Assembly (NCBI GenBank): GCA_965261735.1
Contig: OZ253470.1
Location: 3,584,001 to 3,648,000 of the forward strand
Source: Alphaproteobacteria bacterium
GTDB lineage: Bacteria; Pseudomonadota; Alphaproteobacteria; SHVV01
DNA length: 64,000 nt
Direction of reading: 5' to 3'
Shown: piece after piece, positions 22,046-33,000 of the stretch
Numbering within the stretch: position 1 is the stretch's first letter
Layout: each line of letters starts with the position of its first letter
Notes under the pieces: generated by a model
What the model saw: only the letters and a program-made list of their open reading frames with translations
Databases searched by the model: none
What the model was told of the DNA's origin: nothing
Translations under genes and position numbers: made by a program

Positions 22046-22989
22046 GGAAGTCCTCTTTCAGGAACCGGTTGGCGGCCGCCATATCGGTGATGCCAGCGAG
22101 CTCGAGTTCCTGCGGCAGGCGTTTCTGCAGGGTGCCGAACATGCGCTCCGAGCGGCCCCGGGCCTCCGGCGAATAGGCCGGGATCAGCTCAATACCGAGT
22201 TGCTGCAGGGCACGTCCGACCTGGGTTGGATTGTCCTTGTCGACCTTGCCGCCGGCCTCCGGCGTGTGCCAATAGTGCGAGGCCCGGTCTGCATAAAGCG
22301 AGCAGAACAGCCCCATGGCCGACCCCACCTCCAGCAGCGCCACAAAGCTCGACATGGTGCCCTCCTCGGCGACGAAGAAGGCGGAATAGATCTCCGAAGT
22401 GGCATCGTCCATGGTCACGATCAGGTCCCAGTACTGACCCGGCACCCATTGGTGCGCGGAGCCGTCCTGGTGCAACATCATGCCGACCATCGGCCGGCGC
22501 GGCCGCTTGCGGCGGTGCACGCCGCGCCGCGGCGCCGGCGCGATCCGGCCGTGCGCCTGGAGCGTCAGCCGCACCCAGTTGTAACTGCGCGTGACGTCGT
22601 GCTTTGCAACCAGCTTCTCCCAGAAGTGCCAGGCGGTGTAATGCCGGTACCTGGTATCGAACAGATCCAACAGTGCCACCACCTCGTCGACCCCGGCGCG
22701 GCGCGCGGAAACCCGACCCAGGCGGCGGTCGTAAAGACCCTCCGCGCCCTCGGCCTCAAAGCGATCGCGCCAGCGTCGGAACGTGCGCTCGGACATGCCC
22801 AGGATCTCGGCTGCCTCCAGCTGACTCAACTCACCCCTGTAGGTGCGTCCGTAAACCTCATCGAACTTCATCAATCTCAACCCCTGTAACAGCTCTGTCC
22901 GGCGCATCAGCTCCGCCACTTTCTGGAGGAGTTCTAATGCCGGACAGATCATTTGTTACATTGACCGGCCATATCACGTGTTATCGACA
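22046..22989 (-). mobile_element. IS1202/ISNCY-like element, 3'-truncated
   Basis: Left end begins TGTCGATAAC; HQDGS, MDDAT, YADR, PEARGRSERMFGTLQKRL. Confidence 0.85.
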
Positions 22990-23039
22990 CGCAGGACGCA
23001 AGCCAGTTGTAATGCGAGCGGTTCCGAGTTACAATTAAC

Positions 23040-24144
23040 CTTGCCTATCCGGTTTACACTCACACCCACTAGGGCTAGAATGGGCGCAAACCGGATATAG
23101 GGGAGCGCGCCATGGATGTTCTCGACCGCGCCGATCTCCCATTCCCGCATTCGCTACCCGAGTTCCAGCGACTTTTCCCCGATGATGCGGCCTGCGCCGC
23201 CTACCTGGAGAAAGCCCGCTGGGGAGACGGCTTTGCCTGCCCGCACTGCGGCACGGCGGGAGAGCCGTTCCACTTTGAAAACCGCCCTGGCGTCCTGCGC
23301 TGCCGCAAGTGCCGCCAGAACACCGGGCTGACGGTGGGAACAGTGATGGAGCGTAGCCACACTCCGCTGAACGTCTGGTTCTGGGCCGCTTATCTGGTCG
23401 CCAGTCAGACGCCCGGCATGTCCGCCGTGCAGTTTCAGCGGCAACTTGGTCTTTCGCGCTACGAGACGGCCTTTCAAATTCTCCACAAGCTCCGCTCGGG
23501 CATGGTGCGGCCCAACCAAGACAGGATCGGTGGACAGCCCAAGAACCATGTTGAGGTGGACGAAACCTGGGTTGGCGGGCGAACGCGTGGGGAAGGCCGT
23601 GGTGTTCACCACAAGGTTCCCGTCTCCTGTGCCATCGAGGTGCGTCATCGAAAGCCGGGCACCAAGCTCGACAACCGGAAAGACGGACGCTATGCCGGAC
23701 GCGTTCGGCTCGCCGTCGTGCTCGACCGTAGCGCCGAGTCGCTCTGTGGGTTCGTCGAGAGCACCGTCGCGCCGGGATCGCTGATCGTTACTGACGATTG
23801 GAGCGGCTATGCTGGCCTCGGTAAGCGCGGCTATGAGCACTTCGCTGTTGCCGAGTGTGGTGATCCAGAGGTTGCCGAGCAATACCTGCCGATCATCCAT
23901 CTGGTTTTCGCCAACCTGAAGACGTGGCTGATCGATATCCACCACGGCGTTAGCCACCAGCACCTACAAGCCTACCTCAACGAGTTCACCTTCCGCTTCA
24001 ACAGGCGGTTCTACCCGTTCAACGCCTTCCGCTCATTGCTCGGCATCGCGGGCGACACCTCTGCTCCAACCTATGCCGAGCTTTACTCGGGAGAGTGGCG
24101 GCACCCTACATGTAGCGGTCATGGGCGTTAACCGGATAGGCAAG
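23040..24144 (+). mobile_element. IS1595 (ISSod11 group), complete; transposase 23112-24131
   Basis: TIRs present; near-perfect TSD CAATTAAC / CAATCAAC. Confidence 0.96.
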
Positions 24145-24265
24145 CAATCAACTCGCCGATAAGGTGTCCAAATGGGAAATCTCGGGCACAATCCCTGCCA
24201 AGGCGCGGGCGGGCCGGACCGGGTGAATCGTATCGGCAATGGCAAAACAGCGAGGGAGAGAACTC

Positions 24266-24763
24266 ATGAAGAAACTCGTCATGACATTGGCGGCTCTTGG
24301 CGCGTCGGTGAGCGTTGCGCACGCCGGCCAGTACTTGCAGGCCTCCTCTTCGGTTACCCAGTGCCCGGGCAAGGCGCCCAAGCTGGTGGAGATGGACATC
24401 GTCGATGCCGCCAACGGCATCACGCTGGCGAACAACAAGGTGACCGTCGGCGAGGCCGGGCCCTATCTGATCGTCGCCGCGCCGCAAGTCGGGCGCGAGG
24501 GCGGGGGGCCCTACGGCTGCTTCGACCTGTGGCTGCGGGTCAACGGCACGGATGTCGCCAACTCCAACGTGCAGCTCTGCCAGGACGAAGGCAGCATGGC
24601 GAAGGACGTCATCATTTCGCAGGGTATCGTTCCCATGGAGGCGGGCGACGTGCTGGAAGTGATGATGTCGGCCAGCAACCCCGACGCCAATATGTGCATC
24701 GAGGCGATTCAGCCGGCCGGCGAGCCGTTGGTACCGGCGATCATTTTCTCCATGATCGAGTAA
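24266..24763 (+). CDS. Secreted protein with a probable C1q/TNF-like (BclA-CTD-like) beta-sandwich
   Basis: RBS GAGGGAG; signal peptide MKKLV...AHA; pattern VTVGEAGPYLI...LWLRVNGTDV...MEAGDVLEV. Confidence 0.65.
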   Translation: MKKLVMTLAALGASVSVAHAGQYLQASSSVTQCPGKAPKLVEMDIVDAANGITLANNKVTVGEAGPYLIVAAPQVGREGGGPYGCFDLWLRVNGTDVANSNVQLCQDEGSMAKDVIISQGIVPMEAGDVLEVMMSASNPDANMCIEAIQPAGEPLVPAIIFSMIE

Positions 24764-24999
24764 GGGGCGGAGGGGCAACCGACAAACGCGCCGGAATGCG
24801 GCGCGCGCCTGTCCGCGCTGATTCGAGGCAGAGCGGCGGTCACGGCGTGTCGGAAGGATTACCGGGCCGTATCCCTTCTGTCACGCTGTGGAGGCGTCCG
24901 ACCAGCGGGTGAGGGTCCGAGTGTCGAGCCGCACGGTTTCCTGCCACAGCGGCCATTCGCTGTCTCCGCGCATCCGGGCAGCCACGGCTTGGCCGAACG

Positions 25000-26373
25000 T
25001 GTGTGGACGCCCCCGTTGATGCAAGCAGTTTTTGGTCGGCTCGGTGCATGCGGTCAGGTGCTGTCGTGTGTCCGGCCTCTCTATGCGGCAGATGACACGC
25101 CGCGGGCTCGTATGGAGATACGCGGATTGGGTCCAAATCGGTTACGCGAGCTTGAAAGCTCTCCGTTCGGATGCTGGTTTTCCCAACCCGGTCTCGTTGA
25201 CCTTTGCCCTTACCTGTCCTCCGTCCTGCCCACATCCCCGACGGCTTCCCGCACTTCGCCGTTCTCTCAGGCGGTGGCGGGAGCCCGGTAGCTCTTCTTC
25301 TTCGTCAGTAGCGCCCAGACGATGCGCGCCATCCTGTTGGCCAGCGCCACCGCGACGAGCATCCTCGGCTTGCGCGCCAGCATCCCGGCCAGCCAGGGGT
25401 CCGTCGTCACGCCGCGCCGAACCGCCCAGCGGACCACAGTCATCGCGCCTGTGATCAGCAGCCGTCTCAGATCGCGCTGGCCCATCTTCGATATCTTGCC
25501 CAGCTTCGGCTTGCCGCCGGTCGTGTGCTGGCGCGGCACGAGGCCGAGCCAAGCGGAGAAGTCGCGGCCGCGCCGGAAACTCTCCATCGGCGGTGCGAAG
25601 GCCTGGATTGCCATCGCGCTGATCGGCCCGATCCCCGGCACGCTCATCAGGCGCCTCGCCTCCTCATCCTGCCGTGCTCTCACGTGGACCTCCCTCTCCA
25701 GGCCCGCAATCTTCGCATCGAGGCCGGCGATCTGCTCAAGCAGAAGGCCGGCCAGCTCGCGGACCGCTTCCGGCAACATCGAAGCCGGTCCCCCAAGCGC
25801 CGAGGCCAGCCGGCCGACATGAGCCGGCCCCTGCGGGGCAATGACACCGAACTCCGCCAGATGGCCGCGCAGCGCATTAATCGTCTGGGTGCGCTGGCGC
25901 ACCAGAAGATCGCGCGTCCGGAACAGCATGCCCCGAGCCTGCTGTTCCTCCGTCTTCACAGCCACAAAGCGCATGGTCGGCCGCGACGACGTCTCGCAGA
26001 TCGCCTCCGCATCCGACGCGTCGTTCTTTTGCCGCTTGACGTACGCTTTGACGTAGATCGGTGGGACCAGTCGCACCGCATGGCCGAGACTGCCGATCTC
26101 CCGGCCCCAATGGTGCGCGCCGCCGCACGCCTCCATCGCCACCGTGCAGCGTGGCTGCGCAGCCACAAAGTCCAACAGCTTCGCCCGGCTCAGCTTCTTG
26201 CGGAACGCAACCAACCCATCCGCCCGCGCACCGTGCAGCTGAAAGCTGTTCTTCGCCAGATCGATCCCGATCATGTGAACCTGTTCCATGGACGCCCCCT
26301 TCCTCGCTTGGCGTTAACAACACCGCCAACCTGGCACATCGCGATGCCGTCGGGAGGGGCGTCCACCCCATCG
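25000..26373 (-). mobile_element. IS1111-group element copy 2, intact (recombinase 25267-26289)
   Basis: GIDLAK, MEAC, KNDASDAEAI (DEDD RuvC-like domain), GLVP...TTGGK; inserted in CCGAA-CG-GTTAC. Confidence 0.97.
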
Positions 26374-26375
26374 GT

Positions 26376-28286
26376 TACCGGCCGGACGGCGTGACCGCCG
26401 CCGGTCTCGGCCTCGGTGTCGGGGCGGCGCTGATCGCCTACATGGCGAGCGACCGCAAGGACGCCGGCGTCTGGCTGCGCTTCGGCCCTTACGGCGCGGG
26501 GCTGGCGGTGTGTGCGGCCTCGCTCTGGACCGGCATCGTCCGTCCCCTGCAAGGCGCGGGCTCCTTCGGCGCCGCGATGGCCTGGCTCAAGGATCTCGAC
26601 GGCCTGGGGCTGGTGCTGCTCGCCGTGCCGCCGCCGGCCCTCATGCTGCTGACCGTGCTCTGGTTCGAGGTGGCGGTCGGCAGCGTCAAGTACCTCGACA
26701 GCGGGCGCCGGCGGCGGCGGGCCGAGTCCGATCTTCACGGCCACGCGCGGCTGCTCGGCCGCCGCTTCCTGCGCAGGCTCGTGCGGCGCAAGGGGATTCT
26801 GCTCGGCCAGTGGGGCGCGGGCCGCAACGCGAGATTGATCGGCTGGTCCCTCGAAGGCTCCGCCATCACCGTCGCCCCGCCGCGCGCGGGCAAGGGCGCA
26901 ACCATCGCGCTCAACCTTCTCTCGCCGGACGACCGGGGTTTCCAGGGCTCGACCGTCACCATAGACCCGCGCGGCGAGCTTTGGTGCATTGCCGCCCGGC
27001 GCCGCCGCCAGATGGGGCGCAACGTCCTGCTGCTCGACCCCTTCGGCGTGGTGGGCGGCCACAAGGAAGCGTTCCCGAAATGCCATCTGCCGGACGTTAC
27101 GAGTGCGACCTACAACCCGCTGGAGTTCATACGGAAGGATGAGAACCTTGCCGTGCGCGATATCAACGTGCTGCTCGACGCCTTGCTCACCCCGCCGCGC
27201 CCGGACGCGCACCAGAACAGCCGGCACTTCTACGAGTCCGCCCGCGCCATCATCGCCGGCTACATGGCCTGGGTGCGCTTCAAGGCCGAGCCGCCCCAGC
27301 GCAGCCTGGCCACCCTCTACCGGATGCTGTCGATGACGCCGGAGGAATGGGAGGCATTCGCGGGGCGGGTCCTGGACACGGACCGCTTCACCGGCGGGCT
27401 CACCCATATCGCGGTCGAGCGCCAGGCCCAGGTCGGCCGGGAGGAAGGCGGCTCCACCTTCACCACGGTCGCCAACCAGCTCGCCTTCCTCAACTACCCC
27501 GAGCTGTTGGCTCACACCTCGGCCTCCAGCTTCGATCCCTTGGATCTGGCCAAGGGCGATACCGACCTCTTCGTGGTCGCACCGGAAGAGACCATTGAGC
27601 ACGTCAAGGGCTGGCTCCGCCTCTGGGTCGCCATCCCCAACGCCGTCGCCGGCATCCAGCCGCTGGAGCGCGACCTACTCATCGTCATCGACGAGATGCC
27701 CCGCCTCGGCTACCTCAAGCCGGTCATGGACGGCTACACCATGGCCGCCGGCAAGGGCGTGCATTTCTGGTGCTTCGCGCAGTCGATTTCCGCCCTCGAT
27801 TCGAGCTGGGGCAAGGAGCACCGCAAGACGCTGCTGCACCTCGCCGAGGTCGTCCAGGTCCTGGGTTTCCCGCGCACCGACGCCGAGGGTGCCGAGGAGC
27901 TCTCCAAGGCCATCGGCACCGCCACCTTCGAGGGTCGCACCGAGAGCCGCTCGGGCACCATCGCCGAGAGCCGCATCGTCACCGCCAATACCCAGTGGCA
28001 GGCGGGAGACTCCAGATCCCTGGTCCGCGAGCGTCTGGTCACCCCGGACGAGTTGATGACGCTGGGGCCCGACCGCCAATACGTGATCGCGGCCGCCAAG
28101 GACATGCCGCGCGACGCGCTCCATCTCCATCACGCCCACTACTGGCGCCGCCGCGACGCGGAACATCTCGCCGATCCCAACCCGTTCGTGCTGCGCAAGC
28201 AACGCGCGGCAGGGGCTGGGTCTGGTAGTGCGGAGAGGCGGACGGGGCCGGGTTCGATACTGACAGCCGGAAGGAGGGTGACATGA
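26376..28286 (+). pseudogene. traG: Type IV coupling protein TraG/VirD4; 5' end interrupted by IS1111
   Basis: DLHGHAR, Walker A APPRAGKG, IDPRGEL, YNPLEFI, IDEMPRLG, AQSISAL, RLVTPDELM. Confidence 0.88.
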
Positions 28287-28412
28287 CCGGAAAGAAACCC
28301 TTGGGGCTGGAATGACGAGTCCGGGGACGGCACGGTCCCGCCGGTCTCGGAAGCGGCCGCCCCGCCCGGCGGCGGCACTGAGGCCGACACGGATGCCAAT
28401 GGCCCGTCGCCC

Positions 28413-29033
28413 GTGACTACGGCGGCGCCCGCAAATCGGGGCGGGGGCAGGCGTGGCGGCAGCAGGGGGCAGGCGGCCGGCGGAACGGATGCGCCGCAGA
28501 AATCCGGGGATGAAGACGGTACGGCGGGGGACAGCGACGGGATTGCGCAATTGCGTCATCTGGTCAGCGAGCTCATCAAGGGCGCCGAGAAGAAAACGGC
28601 GAGCAAGCTAGCTCGCCTGGAGAAGCAGGGGAAGACGCTGGCCGAGAGCGCGGAGGCTAACGCCATCATGCTGCGGCAACTGGTGGAGCGACAGCCGGGA
28701 GCCGGAGCGGAGAGCGAGGCAGCGGCCGAGGGGGCGGCGAAGCTCTTGGCGCGGATCGGGACCCATGCGGCGGATTTTGGGCGATGGGTGGAGTTGGAAC
28801 GGCGCGGGCGCAGGCGCTGGTGGGCGCTGGCCATCGCCGCCGGGTTCCCGGCGTTCCTCCTTCTCGGCCTGCTGGTGGAACAGCAGTTCCAGGTCATCCC
28901 GATGCACGACCCGACCGGAGGCTGGCGCGGCCATGTCTGGGAACAGTACGGACGAACCGTCGTCGATTGCGCGGTCGAGGCGATGAGGACTGATGCGAAG
29001 GTCGACTGCCCGCTCGTAGTCCGCAGGCCGTAG
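28413..29033 (+). CDS. Hypothetical membrane protein downstream of traG; start uncertain
   Basis: Coiled-coil-like region followed by one TM helix. Confidence 0.5.
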   Translation: MTTAAPANRGGGRRGGSRGQAAGGTDAPQKSGDEDGTAGDSDGIAQLRHLVSELIKGAEKKTASKLARLEKQGKTLAESAEANAIMLRQLVERQPGAGAESEAAAEGAAKLLARIGTHAADFGRWVELERRGRRRWWALAIAAGFPAFLLLGLLVEQQFQVIPMHDPTGGWRGHVWEQYGRTVVDCAVEAMRTDAKVDCPLVVRRP

Positions 29034-29321
29034 GCGGACGCTGTCCAAGGAAATGGATAAGACCGTGCCTTTATCGACGGTCGTGGTTACGTTGGTCGGG
29101 GCTGGATAGACGGCGCAGTAGGTGCCGGACGGAGCGTGGATACGAGTGTGAAGGCAGCGGCTCGGGAGACCGGTTCGGCCGCGCGGGCCCCTTGGTAGTA
29201 GGGAAGAGAGACGGACCGGCCGCCGGGTACTGTAAGCGGCCCGCGCCTACGCACGGGAAACGAGCGGAGATGGATCTTGGCCTGTAAGACGTGAGCGTGG
29301 GTGTGGTACTTAACGCGATGG

Positions 29322-29861
29322 TTACGCGCGTATCGCCTTCAAGCGTTGCCGGAGCGTTTTCAGTTCAGACGTTGGCATGGTTCTCGCCACGGCCACTATC
29401 AGGTCGAGAAACGGAGCGTCCGCGTTATCCGGCTTGGTTCCGAGATTTTCGTCATACACCTCGTTGAGGACGCTGATACGCATTTTCCGGCTGGGTGCCT
29501 TCCCAAAATGGGCCAGGAAAGCCGATAGCTCCGAACTGAGACGTCGATAAAGTTCGGAAGACGGATCGAGCTCCCTGAACCATTGCTGAAGCTGGGCCTC
29601 GGTTCTTCGTCCATCGAGCCCCCTTCGCGATAGTCTGATGTACGTTCGGGCATCGATTCCCTCGTAGCCGACGAATTTCGACGGACCAAACTGCCACCGC
29701 CCGTCCTCGCCTTGCTGAGCGTACCACGCACGCGCGTAGGCCAAGCGGCTAGACAGTGCGGGACTCCGCCGGACTTCATCCGCGAAGCGGTGGATGGCAT
29801 CGGATACAGTGCTAGGTGACAAAGCGAGTGAGGGCATGTTCATTTTCCTCGTGTTGATCAT
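29322..29861 (-). CDS. Hypothetical protein
   Basis: 179-aa ORF with a WQFGPSKFVGY motif; AT-rich upstream region. Confidence 0.65.
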   Translation of the reverse strand: MINTRKMNMPSLALSPSTVSDAIHRFADEVRRSPALSSRLAYARAWYAQQGEDGRWQFGPSKFVGYEGIDARTYIRLSRRGLDGRRTEAQLQQWFRELDPSSELYRRLSSELSAFLAHFGKAPSRKMRISVLNEVYDENLGTKPDNADAPFLDLIVAVARTMPTSELKTLRQRLKAIRA

Positions 29862-30236
29862 TGCATAAGATGTAGAATATGAGAGCCAATTATGTTATGC
29901 AAAATATTTATGAATAAAATGATGAACATCAAAACACAAGGTGGAATCAATATGTTACCTAATTGTTCGCGAGTAGGTTTCTGGCATGGACGAGATCGGC
30001 GCGACGATGAGGACCGGCCACCGGTATCTGTCGATGCGGAAGCCTCTAAGTGGAGATGGGCACACCCGCGACCGGGCTGGCCAGGACGACTCGACTCGGT
30101 AGTGAGAGTAACCGGGAACGGTCACGGTGATCTGTGCTGAAGGGGGTCGCCAGGACGCGCGGGAGAGGGAGGTTTGGCTCTGCGACACGCCTGAACACAT
30201 GATCCACTACGACGGTGAGCGGTTCCTAGGTTCTAG

Positions 30237-30495
30237 TGACCTGCCCCCGTCGACTGGTCCGGTTTGAATGTTAGTGCATTGACGGTTTCTCGGCCACGCT
30301 GGGTGGCCGGCGGAGCGTAGCGGAGCCGGGTGGGCAGCTTGGCATGACGATCGTTTCCGGGGCCGGCGGCCGGTATCCCAGGCTGCCGTGTGGGCGGAAG
30401 GCGTTGTAATGGCGCCGCCAGGATTCGATGAGAACCTGGGCTTCCCTCAGGGTGTAGAACCGAGGCGCGCCGTAGCACCTCTTGCTCTGCTCGAA
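30237..30495 (-). pseudogene. IS3-family right end and orfB scraps
   Basis: TGACCTGCCCCC end; FYTLREAQVLIESWRRHYN..RPHGSLGY; short YGAPR piece. Confidence 0.8.
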
Positions 30496-30639
30496 GATCG
30501 ACAGCGCCGCCGACGGCACTCCAGGCGCGAAGGCGCCGCACACAAACCGTCGCTGCCAGGGCAGAACCGAGAACGTCTGCCCGGCTAGCCGCCCTTGCGT
30601 TACCGGCAGGCCCCGGAGATAGGGGAGTAGGGCTATCAT
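30495..30639 (-). pseudogene. Possible phage terminase large-subunit N-terminal fragment
   Basis: FSVLPWQRRFV...AALSI resembles the Q-motif region preceding Walker A. Confidence 0.4.
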
Positions 30640-30769
30640 GCTCTACCGAGCCCTTGCCCCCTTCCACTTGTAGGACGGATTGCCCAGTTTCTCCCAGAAG
30701 TCCAACCAAATAGTGCCATCCGGCTCGGTGCCGAAAGACAGTATTACGGCCTTCAGTCGTTCATCCTTT

Positions 30770-31875
30770 CTTGCCTATCCGGTTAACGCCCATGACCGCT
30801 ACATGTAGGGTGCCGCCACTCTCCCGAGTAAAGCTCGGCATAGGTTGGAGCAGAGGTGTCGCCCGCGATGCCGAGCAATGAGCGGAAGGCGTTGAACGGG
30901 TAGAACCGCCTGTTGAAGCGGAAGGTGAACTCGTTGAGGTAGGCTTGTAGGTGCTGGTGGCTAACGCCGTGGTGAGATACCGATCAGCCACGTCTTCAGG
31001 TTGGCGAAAACCAGATGGATGATCGGCAGGTATTGCTCGGCAACCTCTGGATCACCACACTCGGCAACAGCGAAGTGCTCATAGCCGCGCTTCCCGAGGC
31101 CAGCATAGCCGCTCCAATCGTCAGTAACGATCAGCGATCGCGGCGCGACGGTGCTCTCGACGAACCCACAGAGCGACTCGGCGCTACGGTCGAGCACGAC
31201 GGCGAGCCGAACGCGTCCGGCATAGCGTCCGTCTTTCCGGTTGTCGAGCTTGGTGCCCGGCTTTCGATGACGCACCTCGATGGCACAGGAGACGGGAACC
31301 TTGTGGTGAACACCACGGCCTTCCCCACGCGTTCGCCCGCCAACCCAGGTTTCGTCCACCTCAACATGGTTCTTGGGCTGTCCACCGATCCTGTCTTGGT
31401 TGGGCCGCACCATGCCCGAGCGGAGCTTGTGGAGAATTTGAAAGGCCGTCTCGTAGCGCGAAAGACCAAGTTGCCGCTGAAACTGCACGGCGGACATGCC
31501 GGGCGTCTGACTGGCGACCAGATAAGCGGCCCAGAACCAGACGTTCAGCGGAGTGTGGCTACGCTCCATCACTGTTCCCACCGTCAGCCCGGTGTTCTGG
31601 CGGCACTTGCGGCAGCGCAGGACGCCAGGGCGGTTTTCAAAGTGGAACGGCTCTCCCGCCGTGCCGCAGTGCGGGCAGGCAAAGCCGTCTCCCCAGCGGG
31701 CTTTCTCCAGGTAGGCGGCGCAGGCCGCATCATCGGGGAAAAGTCGCTGGAACTCGGGTAGCGAATGCGGGAATGGGAGATCGGCGCGGTCGAGAACATC
31801 CATGGCGCGCTCCCCTATATCCGGGTTGCGCCCATTCTCACCCTAGTGGGTGTGGGTGTAAACCGGATAGGCAAG
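30770..31875 (-). mobile_element. IS1595 (ISSod11 group), frameshifted near the 3' end
   Basis: TIRs present; ORF shortened to 280 aa; flanks do not match. Confidence 0.94.
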
Positions 31876-31883
31876 GACGGAAC

Positions 31884-32184
31884 TAAGGTGGCTTCGGTTT
31901 GTCGGACAGCTTGGCGGCTCAGTTAAGGTGTATTCCAGTTGTCGTTCATGCCGCCAGAATCCCTTTGAATAGATCTCCTTGCCGTTGTTGTTGCGCCTGT
32001 GGGGATGTGGGCAAGGCGCGTAGCGACTTGTCCATCATATCCACAGGCGGGGCGCCGCGGTAGGCCTCGGCCGGCGTTTTTCCCCCGAGCGCCGAGTGCG
32101 GCCTCTCGGTGTTGTAGAAGTCGATCCACTCGCCGATGACGCGCCGGGCCTCGAAGCCGTCGGCGAGCTCGCGCAGATAGACGG
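31884..32184 (-). pseudogene. 3' fragment of an IS3 closely related to 20248-21589
   Basis: Near identity to 20248-20548. Confidence 0.88.
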
Positions 32185-32734
32185 TGGAGTGACCCCCTAA
32201 AAGGGGTCCAGATTTATTAAAGAGTTTGGCGCATTTTGCCCCCTCGAAAGGAGGACAAAATGAGCCGTAAACGCTACACCTCAGAACAGATTATCAGCAT
32301 GTTGCGCGAAGCCGAGGTGGCTTTGGCGCAGGGCCAGTCCGTTGGTCAAGCTTGTCGCACACTCGGCGTATCGGAGCAGAGTTGCTATCGCTGGCGCAAG
32401 GAATATGGCGGCCTTCGTACTGACCAGGCCAAGCGTCTGAAGGACCTGGAGAAGGAGAATGGCCGTCTCCGGAAGGCGATCTCGGATCTGACGTTGGATA
32501 AGCTGATCTTGCAAGAGGCGCTTGAGGGAAATTGCTAAGCCCCGCCCGTCGCCGGCAGTGTGTTGATCATCTCCAGGCCGAACTGGGAATCTCCGAGCGA
32601 CGTGCCTGTGCTGTTGCAGGCCAACATCGCTCAACCCAGCCCAAGAGACCCCGTGGTCGGGATGATGAAGAGGCACTCACGGCCGCGATCATCCGCTTGG
32701 CCAGCCAGTATGGCAGATATGGCTATCGGCGGAT
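32185..32734 (+). mobile_element. IS3 (IS407-group-like) left part: orfA 32260-32538 and start of orfB, cut by IS256
   Basis: MSRKRYTSEQII...RLKDLEKENGRL; GGGAAAT slippery site; RYGYRR. Confidence 0.88.
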
Positions 32735-33000
32735 GATCGTGTCCCGCGGAGTGGTGTAAGAGCGTTGCGCTCTACGCGGCTCCCGGCGGGTAGGGCCGGG
32801 ACGTTCAGGCTGCCACGGTGGGCAGCGTGATGGGGACACCATCGCTCAGCGGAGCGATGGATTCCAGCGTCATGTATCTCCTTGAGACGGCCCACTCGTC
32901 GTTCTGCTCGAGAAGGATGGCGCCGACGAGCCGTGTGATGGCGGCTTCGTTGGGAAAGATACCGACGACGTTGGTGCGACGCTTGACCTCGGCATGGAGC

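Noticed and set aside
22990-23039. XerCD/dif-like site beside the IS1202-like element
   Set aside because: The imperfect inverted repeat AGTTGTAAT/TTACAATT does not fit the 11-6-11 dif consensus.
26061-28286. 741-aa ORF as a novel fusion protein; likewise the 436-aa IS256 ORFs and the 515-aa MTase ORF
   Set aside because: The extensions are read-through into inserted IS DNA.
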